From IMG/VR virus record IMGVR_UViG_3300042509_002293, positions 1 to 64,000 of that record: 64,000 nt of DNA; one strand, given 5' to 3'. Made by a program: the position numbers and the translations under genes. Below the pieces are notes generated by a model. That model was given only the letters and a program-made list of their open reading frames with translations. It was not told the origin of the DNA and did no database searches. Below are positions 8,365-17,100 of this stretch, piece after piece. Position 1 is the stretch's first letter, and each line of letters opens with the position of its first letter. This DNA is from a virus.

Positions 8365-9815
8365 TGGCGGACATCAACGTCACAGTGTCGAACGGCACCG
8401 GAGGAACTCCCGTCAGCCTGACTGTCGGGGCGGGGATCGGCCCGGCTGCCATCGTGAGCGGGACCGCCACGACCGTGATCGGGGTCAACCCGATCGTGGC
8501 CGGGGCCAACATGACCGTCTCCACGACAGGAGGCGTGTTTTCGATCATCGGGCCCAGCGTGCCAGTCCAGTCTGTCCAGGGCAGGACCGGAAGCGTGGTC
8601 CTGACCCTCACGGACCTCACTGCGGCAGCCCAGACTCACACGCACTCGACCACCGAAGTCTCGGGTTTCACGGCGGCGGTGGCGGCCATCTCGCCAATCC
8701 AGTCTGTTCAGGGACGGACCGGGAACGTGGTCCTGTCCCTGGTCGACCTCACGGCGGCGGCCCAGACTCACACGCACTCGACGGCCAATATCGTGGGATT
8801 CACGGCCGCCGTGTCGGCGATCTCGCCCGTGCAGTCCGTGCAGGGTCGATCGGGGAGCGTCGTCCTGACCCTCGCCGACCTGACCGCAGCGGCCCAGGCC
8901 CACACGCACTCCACCACCGAGGTCTCGGGTTTCTCTGCGGCCGTGTCCGCCATTTCCCCCGTGCAGTCGGTCCAGGGAAGGTCCGGAAGCGTTGTCCTGA
9001 CTCTCACGGACCTCACAGCCGCAGCCCAGACTCACACGCACTCGACGGCCAATATCGTGGAATTCACGGCCGCCGTGGCGTCGATCTCGCCGATCCAGTC
9101 GGTTCAGGGGCGGACCGGGAACGTGGTCCTGACTCTCGCGGACCTCACGGCGGCAGCCCTGACTCACGGGCACTCGACGACTGACATCTCGGGGTTCACG
9201 GCGGCTGTGTCCGCTATTTCTCCCGTCCAGTCAGTCCAGGGCAGGTCAGGGAACGTCGTCCTGACCCTGACCGACCTCACGGCGGCGGCCGTTTCGCACA
9301 CGCACTCCACGTCCGACATCGTCGGAATCTCGACTCTTGCCGGGACTCCGGGGCCAGCGAACAAGCTCTCGATCGGCTTTGTGGTGACGGGCGCCGCTGG
9401 TTCCACGGCCACGGCCAGCATCACGGGCACCTCGCCGAACCAAGAGCTAAACCTCACCATCCCTCGCGGAGACCCGGGCGCCAGCGTGCAGGTCGCCGGG
9501 AGTGTTTCGAGTGCAATCTCGCTGCCGGCGGCCGGGAGCGTATCGCAGAATACGGCCTACGTTGCGAATGACACCGGGAATTTGCACATCTCCAACGGCG
9601 TGAACCAGTGGACCGACGTCGGCCAGTTCCGTGGGCAAAATGGGGCCAGTGGGCGAGAGGTCGAGTTGAGGTCCGGAGACGGGTACATCCAGTGGAGGTA
9701 CGCCGGGACCACTGCCTGGACGAACATCGTTTCACTTGCCTCGATCACCGGTGCGGCCGGCCCGCCGGGTGCGTCCGGAGGCATATCCATAGGAGCGCTC
9801 ATAGCGTTGTCTTGA
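8364..9815 (+). CDS. Fibre protein with 44-aa HxH repeats and collagen-like end
   Basis: About six repeats of PVQSVQGRxGxVVLTLxDLTAAAxTHTHST; GxY triplets; GREVELR...YIQWRY. Confidence 0.8.
   Translation: MADINVTVSNGTGGTPVSLTVGAGIGPAAIVSGTATTVIGVNPIVAGANMTVSTTGGVFSIIGPSVPVQSVQGRTGSVVLTLTDLTAAAQTHTHSTTEVSGFTAAVAAISPIQSVQGRTGNVVLSLVDLTAAAQTHTHSTANIVGFTAAVSAISPVQSVQGRSGSVVLTLADLTAAAQAHTHSTTEVSGFSAAVSAISPVQSVQGRSGSVVLTLTDLTAAAQTHTHSTANIVEFTAAVASISPIQSVQGRTGNVVLTLADLTAAALTHGHSTTDISGFTAAVSAISPVQSVQGRSGNVVLTLTDLTAAAVSHTHSTSDIVGISTLAGTPGPANKLSIGFVVTGAAGSTATASITGTSPNQELNLTIPRGDPGASVQVAGSVSSAISLPAAGSVSQNTAYVANDTGNLHISNGVNQWTDVGQFRGQNGASGREVELRSGDGYIQWRYAGTTAWTNIVSLASITGAAGPPGASGGISIGALIALS
8562..9320 (+). 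repeat. 132-bp tandem repeat, about 6 copies, in fibre gene
   Basis: QSVQGR recurs every 132 nt from about 8568 to 9228. Confidence 0.85.
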
Positions 9816-9816
9816 C

Positions 9817-10173
9817 ATGGCGAATCCCAACCTTGCGACAGCGGGAAGCATTTACGGCGGCACGGGCGTGCTCGCGGCCGGAACGTCCTCGGTGGCGATC
9901 GTGAGCAACTCCACGGCCAGCGGGAAGATCCTGAAGGTCAACTCCCTGCTCCTGGCCAACACGACGACCGGAAACGTCGACGTGACCGTGGACCTGTTCA
10001 GGTCGGGCACGGCCTACAAGATCGCCAACGCCGTGAGCGTGCCGTCCAACGCCACGCTGGCCGTGCTGTCCAAGGACAGCCCGGTCTACCTCGTCGAGGG
10101 CGACTCGCTCCGGGTCGTTGCCAGTGCGACGGCGTCGCTCTCGGCCGTGTGCTCTTACGAGGAACTCTCGTAA
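9817..10173 (+). CDS. Virion structural protein
   Basis: MANPNL...KILKVNSLLLAN...YLVEGDSLR...SYEEL. Confidence 0.6.
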   Translation: MANPNLATAGSIYGGTGVLAAGTSSVAIVSNSTASGKILKVNSLLLANTTTGNVDVTVDLFRSGTAYKIANAVSVPSNATLAVLSKDSPVYLVEGDSLRVVASATASLSAVCSYEELS

Positions 10174-10946
10174 TGCGAGGCCGGATCGGAGGGTGGATCG
10201 GCAAGAGCACGCTCCCGAACGGGACGGCGGCGAAGGGCTCCTGGGGGCTCGGTGAAGTTTTTCTGGCCAGGAAGGGCTACCTCGGCGCCTATTACGACGA
10301 CTATTACGGAGGGTACCAGCCACCCGGATCTGGCTCGACATGGCCAGCCGGAGACGTGTCGATTTCATGGCCTACGGCCAACTACTACCCGTATCCAGAG
10401 ATGAACTACTCTGATGCCACGGTCTCCGGAGAAGCAAGCTTCTCGCCGACCGTGACGTCCTCATACGGGTCCGTCTCCTACTCCTGGGAGCGGTCAACCA
10501 ATGGCGGAACCTCCTGGGCGGCTGTCCCAGGTGAAAGCTCCGCGTCGCTGGTCCTTCCAGGGCAGACGATCGACGAGGATGGCGACCAGTACAGGCTCGT
10601 GGTCAACGCCGGCCTGAAGCAGTTCCGTTCGTCGCCCGGGTTTCTCCGATTCGACACCGTGACGATCTCCAACATTTCCATCACCGCAGAAAGCTATTCT
10701 GGCGGCAGCATCTACCTGAGCGTGGTCTCTTATGACTGCGTTGGTACGGAGTACGGGGAGAGCTATGAAGCCAGCTTCCAGTGGCAACAGAGCACCAATG
10801 GGGGCGTCTCCTGGAGCAACATCAGCGGAGCCACCGGCGCATATACGTCGTTTGCTGGCAGCGTGTCGAACCTCTATAGGGTGAAGGCAACTTTCGCCAG
10901 CGTGGTCGCCTACTCGGCCGGCATTTCCGTGTACAGCTACGAATAG
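10173..10946 (+). CDS. Ig-like domain virion protein
   Basis: Two copies of Y/FxWxxSTNGGxSWxxI/VxG...YR. Confidence 0.65.
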   Translation: MRGRIGGWIGKSTLPNGTAAKGSWGLGEVFLARKGYLGAYYDDYYGGYQPPGSGSTWPAGDVSISWPTANYYPYPEMNYSDATVSGEASFSPTVTSSYGSVSYSWERSTNGGTSWAAVPGESSASLVLPGQTIDEDGDQYRLVVNAGLKQFRSSPGFLRFDTVTISNISITAESYSGGSIYLSVVSYDCVGTEYGESYEASFQWQQSTNGGVSWSNISGATGAYTSFAGSVSNLYRVKATFASVVAYSAGISVYSYE

Positions 10947-10956
10947 GATCTTACGA

Positions 10957-11214
10957 ATGAATCTTGAAAGCCCAGTGACGGTCCTGCGAGGCGAAGATCA
11001 GGCCACGTTTTCGGAACTCGACCTCACCGTCATCGACAACATGGCGAGGCGGGTGTGCCTAGTTCGGTTCCTGGGGTTCACCAGACCTCTCGTGCTCTGG
11101 TCTGGGGCCTCTTATGAGGCAGCGGGCGACTACACCCAGGCCCAGATCGAGGCCAGAGTTCGCGAGATCCTGGGCGAGAACCCGGGCGAAGTGCTCCAGT
11201 CGCTCTATGCCTGA
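10957..11214 (+). CDS. Hypothetical virion-associated protein
   Basis: LVLWSGASYEAAGDYTQAQIEARV. Confidence 0.6.
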   Translation: MNLESPVTVLRGEDQATFSELDLTVIDNMARRVCLVRFLGFTRPLVLWSGASYEAAGDYTQAQIEARVREILGENPGEVLQSLYA

Positions 11215-11539
11215 GAGATTCAAGTTCTTCCGCCCCAAGAGGCCCAGGAAGCACAGGCCTGGGCCTGAATTCCATGTGGCCTATGGCGGGAAGAAATACT
11301 GGGCCGCCACCAGGAAGAGGATCCTGGTGAGGGACAACTGGCAGTGTCAGCACTGCGGGAGGGTCTGCTCCATGCCAGGGGAGGCCCAGTGTGATCACAA
11401 GAAACCCAAGGCCATAGGAGGGGATGATTCGGATGAAAATCTCCAGACCCTATGCCTGCCATGCCACTCCAAGAAGACCCGCGCTGAGCAAATGGCTGGA
11501 CTCCTGAAGCCATTGCAGCCAGAAGGGCACTCCAGGTAG
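11207..11539 (+). CDS. HNH endonuclease, HK97 gp74-like terminase cofactor
   Basis: RDNWQCQHCG...DHKKPKAIGG...NLQTLCLPCHSKKT, located just upstream of terS. Confidence 0.85.
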   Translation: MPERFKFFRPKRPRKHRPGPEFHVAYGGKKYWAATRKRILVRDNWQCQHCGRVCSMPGEAQCDHKKPKAIGGDDSDENLQTLCLPCHSKKTRAEQMAGLLKPLQPEGHSR

Positions 11540-12030
11540 CCCGAAAAAATCGGGGCCTTAGAAGTGAAGCCCTAGAAGATGGATTTCCCCTATATGGGTA
11601 CCCCCCAGGAGAAATCAATCCAGAACCAGAGATCCAAGATCCAGAGATCACCTAAGTCTATATCTACCAATGAGTTAGATATGGATTTAGAAGAGAATTC
11701 TAGAAGTCCAAAATCAAGGAATCATCAAAATTAACAGATTCGCGTAATGGGGGGGTCACTGGTTTTCCCTTTGGGTACCCCTATAGGGGAAATGTTTTTT
11801 TTGGTTTCCAGGGGAGGGGGATAGGCATAGCGGGCCAAGGGGCATTTTCCGGAAAAAAGATACTTTCAGTGGCCTGGAAGGCCCTGCTAGGCTGCAAGGA
11901 GAGCGGTCAGGACACCCCACCCGGAGGGAGTGTGTTCGCCGGCGAGCCCTGAGGCTAATTCGACGCCATCGGGGGCTTGCGTGAGCGCCTGCAAAAAACT
12001 GGGCCGGGGCTTTCCCGGCCGATTTTCAGA
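11540..12030. other. Non-coding region, AT-rich to about 11890; probable cos/packaging region
   Basis: Between gp74-like HNH and terS; low GC, homopolymer runs, GGGTACCC palindromes. Confidence 0.55.
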
Positions 12031-12033
12031 CTT

Positions 12034-12513
12034 ATGGGCCGACCCGCCATCCCCACCGCGATCAAGCTCGTCCGGCAGAACCCGGGCTGCCGCCCGATCA
12101 ACGAGGCCGAGCCCACACCTCCCCCCGCCGACCTCGCCCCGCCTCCGTCCCTGGAGGGCGTCGCCCTGGAGAAGTGGCACGAGATGGCCGCCCTCCTCTC
12201 GGGAATGGGCGTCCTCACCCAGGCCGACCGCCAGACGCTGACCCGCTACTGCATGATGCACGAGCAGTGGGACGCGATGGAGCGGCACTGCCGGGAGCAT
12301 GGCTCCACACAGATCACTTCGACCGGCTACAGCCAGATCACTGCGGAGGCAACTCTCGCGAAGTCCCTCAGGAAGGAACTCCTGGAGATTGAGCGTCAGT
12401 TTGGCATGACTCCGGCTGCCCGGTCATCCATGAAGGTGGCTCCGAGTGCCTCTGCCCCCCAAAATCCTCTTGCCGCGTTTGCCCAAAGCCGACGCAGTCA
12501 AGCAGGGGCTTAA
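12034..12513 (+). CDS. terS: Terminase small subunit (P27 family)
   Basis: MGRPAIPTAIK...NPGxRPIN..EP...AD...L.RYC...FGMTPAARS. Confidence 0.9.
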   Translation: MGRPAIPTAIKLVRQNPGCRPINEAEPTPPPADLAPPPSLEGVALEKWHEMAALLSGMGVLTQADRQTLTRYCMMHEQWDAMERHCREHGSTQITSTGYSQITAEATLAKSLRKELLEIERQFGMTPAARSSMKVAPSASAPQNPLAAFAQSRRSQAGA

Positions 12514-14118
12514 GTTCTACTTCGACGAAGACAAGGCCGCCCACGCGGTCCAGTTCTTCGAGCAGTTCCTGACCCACTCCAAGGGTCAGTTCGCCGGGAA
12601 GCCTTTCTCGCTCCTCTCCTGGCAGAAGCATGACATCATCGAGGAGCTTTTCGGGTGGATGCGGGTCGACACCGACACCAGGAAGTTCCGGGTCGGCTAC
12701 ATCGAGGTGCCTAAAAAAAATGGCGTCTTGGCCCCTGCGGCTGGTTGCCGTGGGGGCCAAGACGACCATCAGGAAAGTCAACTCTCCTCAGCGGCATAGG
12801 CCTCTACACCCTAGTCGCCGACGGCGAGCAGGCGGCCGAGTGCTTCGGGTGCGCGACAAGTCGTGAGCAGGCCTCGATCGTCTACAAGCAAATGAAGGAA
12901 CTGGTCCAGGCCAGCCCCTACCTCTCCGAGATGCTGGAGGTGGTCGACTCCAGGAAGACCATCGCCTACATCCCCACGAACAGCTTCTGGAAGGTCATTT
13001 CGAGTGACGCCGGACGCCAGGAAGGCCTCAACATCCACTCGCTCTGCTATGACGAGATCCATTCCGCCCGTGACGACAGGCTTTGGCGCGCCGTCCGGTA
13101 TGGTGGAATTTCCAGAGCCCAGAGCCTCATCCTCGCCATTACGACAGCCGGCGTGGACCGGAACTCGATCGGCTACGAACTGCACGACCACGCCATGAAG
13201 TGCCGGCTCGACCCGCACTACGACGAGCAGTTCTTCGCCTTCGTGGCGGCAGCGGCCCCCGAGGACGACTACCGGGACCCGGAAGTCTGGAAGGCCGCCA
13301 ATCCTTCCTGGGGCGTGACGATGGACGAGGAGTCCTTTCGGGCTGACGTCCGGGACGCCGAGCAGTCCAACGCCCGGCTCGCCAGCTTCCTCCGATACAG
13401 GCTCAATGTCTGGACACAGGGAGACGGCAACAAGTACATCCGGCTCGACCAGTGGGACCAGTGCAAGGGCCCTTCGGGGCACCTCGGACCCGAGCGGGTG
13501 TGGTACGCCGGCCTCGACCTTGCCCAGACCTGGGACTGCAACGCCTTCGTGGCCGTCAGCAAGGGGCCGGACGACGTGTTCGACGTGCTCTGCCGGTTCT
13601 GGATCCCAGGCGAGAATGCAGGCCTTCGTTCCCAGAAAGACGGCGTGCCCTACACGCTGTGGGCGAAGGAGGAGAAGAACGGCCTGACGCTGACTCCGGG
13701 AAACACCTGCGACTACTCGTTCATCAAGCGGGACATCCTCCAGTTCTGCAAGGAGCGGACCGTCCGCCTGATCGCGGTCGACCCCCACAACAGCCACTAC
13801 CTCGTCCAGCAACTTCAGGCGGAAGGCCTGAGTGTGCAAGGATTTTCACAAGGGTTCGCCAGCATGAACCCTGGCACGAAACTTTTGAGCACCCTGATCG
13901 CTCAGGGCCGCCTGCGGACCAACGACAACCCCATCCTGAACTGGATGGCCGGAAACGCGACGACCAAGGAATCCCCCGAGGGCTACGTCAAGGTGGTAAA
14001 GCCAAGTGCCATGAGCCCTCTGAGGGTTGACGGGATTGTCGCCCTCATCATGGCTACCGCCATTGCGAACGAGGCTCCGGCTGCGGTCGCTGCCGAGCCG
14101 GAGATCCTGATCCTATGA
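12446..14118 (+). CDS. terL: Terminase large subunit, split over two frames by a 50-nt hairpin in Walker A (exact start uncertain)
   Basis: Frame A: L..WQ...LFGW...YIEVPKKNG; frame B: GKSTLLSG...DEIH...ITTAG...ANPS...GLDLA...DGIVA. Confidence 0.9.
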
Positions 14119-17100
14119 GTCGAGAAGAGAACGCCGCACTCAGCGACATTGTCTGGACACCCGCACGGGGCGAGAACGAGCCGGAGCTTCGCAGCATCTC
14201 CTGGAACAACCTCCTCCTCTCGGACGAGGTGTTCGGCGGGAAGTTCCTGACTGCCGCCGAGATTCGGATCAATCCGGAGACTGCGCTTCAGTCGACCGTG
14301 CTCCTGGCCTGCTGCCGGATCCTCGCCGAAACGGTTTCGGTCCTTCCCCTCCACGTCTACCGGAAGCTCAAGAACGGCCACGAGGAGATTGCCGAGGACA
14401 TCCCCCTGGCCCACGTCCTCGGGTTCGCTCCCAACGGGTGGCAGACGAAGTTCGAGTTCTTCGAGCAGGTGATGATGAACCTGACTCTCTGGGGGAACTC
14501 CTACACCGAGATCAAGTCTGGCAAGTACGGGTCCGTCACCGAACTGAACAACCTGCACCCGAGTAACATGCGGGTCGAGCGGCTGGAGAACGGCCGGCTC
14601 AAGTACACCTACAACGACCCGCAGACTGGTCGGGCCCTGGAGTACACCCAGGATCAGGTCATGCACATCCGCTGGACGCCCCAGCCGGATGGCGTGAAGG
14701 GCATGATGCCCGTCGAGATCGCTCGCGACGCCATTGCCCTGGCCCGCGCGTGCGAAATCTACGCCTCGAAGTTCTGGGCGAACATGGGCCGCCCCGGCGT
14801 GGTCCTCCAGACGGATGGCGCCATCTCGGCGGAGACGGCCGAACGCCTCCGGGACAACTGGGAGCGAATTCATAGAGGCGTGTCCAACGCCTATAAAACC
14901 GCGATCCTCACCAACGGGCTCCGCGTCGAACAGTTCGGCGCCACGAATACCGACAGCCAGTACCTCGATGTAAGAAAATTTCAGGGCGAGGAGATCGCGA
15001 GGTGCTACCGGTTGCCGTTGCACCTTATTCAGGGGCAGTCGGGCGGCAACCTGGAAGTCCAGGGCCGCGAGTTCGTCGACTACACGCTCATGCCCTGGCT
15101 CGCCCGCATCGAGCAGGCGATCAGTCGGTCGCTCATCTACGACGACGCCACCTACAAGGCCCGCTTCGACGTGCGTGGCCTGCTCCGTGGGGACAGCGCG
15201 AGCCGGGCGAGCTACTACTCCACGATGATGGGGCTCGGGATTTTCTCGATCAACGACGTGAGGCGACAGGAGGGGATGGCCCCGCTTGGACCCGACGCCG
15301 ACAAGCACTTCGTGGCGATGAACCTCCAGACGCTGGAGGACGCGGTCAAGCCGAAGCCCGACCCCTCGCAGATGCCGGGCGCTCCGCCCCCCGCCCCTGG
15401 CGGCCCGCCGAGCCTGCCCGAGGTCAAGCCCGGGAAGGCTCCGATGGAGTCACCCAAGGGCGAGGCCTCGGTGAAGAAGCTCCCGGAGAAGGCCTCGGCC
15501 GAGGCTCGCGAGCTACTGCCCCAGGACGAGAAGCTCGAAGAGGCTCAGCAGGAGATCGCGGAGGAGGACGGGAAGTGGGAGAAGGAAGCGGCCCACTACA
15601 TCGAGAAGAACCCGTTCGCCGCTCGTGGCATCAAGTGCCACAACTGCACGCACTACTTCGAGGAGGCCGGGTGCAAGATCGTCCGTGGCCTGATCGCGGG
15701 CGACGCGATCTGCAAGCTGTGGGTGATCCCGCCTGAGAAGATCGCCCCGGAGCCCGAGCAGCGGGCGTTCTGCCCGACGGGAGAGGGCAACGGCATCAAG
15801 AATGACTGCTCCCCAGGCGGCAGCTATCCGGTGGCCGACTCTATGCCTCGCGAGGTCGAGGCTGGTCACCCAGCCCTCGCCGCGAGAGCGCCGTTCAGTC
15901 CGGTTCCAGAGGGCAGTGGGAACTCAGCCTTTGCCGTGCCTCCGTCTGACTCGGACCTGTCTCAGGCGTTGATTGGGTCGAACAAGACGAAGGGCACGAA
16001 GATCGGCAAGGCCAGGGAGCTTCCGGAAGGGACTCCTGTCGCCCTTCGCATCGACATCCCGGCGTTCAATCACTCAACCGAGAGGATGGGGAAGGCGGTA
16101 TACGCCATCACCATTCACGAAGACAAGGGCGGCAAGTCGTTTGGCAGCCCGATCGGATACGACTCGATGGCCCGCCTCTCCGGACCGGTCAGGTTTGAGG
16201 CGAAAGAGAACGAAGCCATCCGCGTGGCGACAGGCGAGTCCACGAAGACACCTCTCGCGACCGTGAAAGGCAAGATTTCGCAGGATCGCACGATCCCGAA
16301 GGACGTGGATTCGTGGACCCCTGTCGGGTACGACCCGAAGAAGGCCGCCTACTTCTACGACAAGAGGACCGGGCAGGAGGTGAAGAGCGGAGTCGACGCA
16401 CTGAGCGTCGGCAATACGGTCTTCACCCGCAGGCCACAGTACGGCGACCGCAACGTCAAGGAGCACTACCGCTCCGCCGACGAGATGTTCGCGAGCGACT
16501 CGTGGGGCCTAGAGTCCCGTGGTTTCTGTCCCACTGGAGAGGGCGGCGGGATCGACAACTCTTGCGGTCGCGGAGACTCGTCAGGAGGAGACTCGCCCGA
16601 CGGGCCCGAGCCAAAGCGTGCCTCCACTCGCGAGGTCCTCGATGAAATCCTTCGGAGCATCGAGGAAACCGGCGGATATTCGGTTCACCCAGTGACGGCC
16701 GAGAGTCCCACGACCGGATTCATGTGTTCGACGGTCCCAGGTGCCGAGAAGATTATCGACGGCAAGGATCAAGTCACCGAGGCGGTCGTCGACGCCTACT
16801 TCGATGAGCACCGGGACTACCTTTCTTCGCGGCCGAAGCTACACTTAGGTGGTTGGATTGACGGGTCTGACGGGAAGGTCTACCTGGACCTCTCGGAGAG
16901 GTTTGAGACGCAGGAAGAGGCCGAGAAGGCTGCGGTCGAGCACAACCAGCTTGCGATCTGGGACATCGCCAACAAGAAAGAGATCAGGATCAAGAATGAG
17001 CGAGCAGCCGAAGAAGATGGTGAGGTTCGACTTCAAGCCCGGCGCGACCTCGAAGGAGATCGCCGAGGCGATCGAGCGGGCCAGGAAGAAGGTCGTTCAG

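Noticed and set aside
8562-9320. Diversity-generating retroelement template/variable repeats
   Set aside because: In-frame tandem coding repeats with mostly synonymous differences; no reverse transcriptase in window
12713-12720. Homopolymer sequencing error as sole cause of the terL split
   Set aside because: Adding one A fuses the frames but leaves about 17 extra residues and a structured hairpin inside Walker A; reads should still be checked
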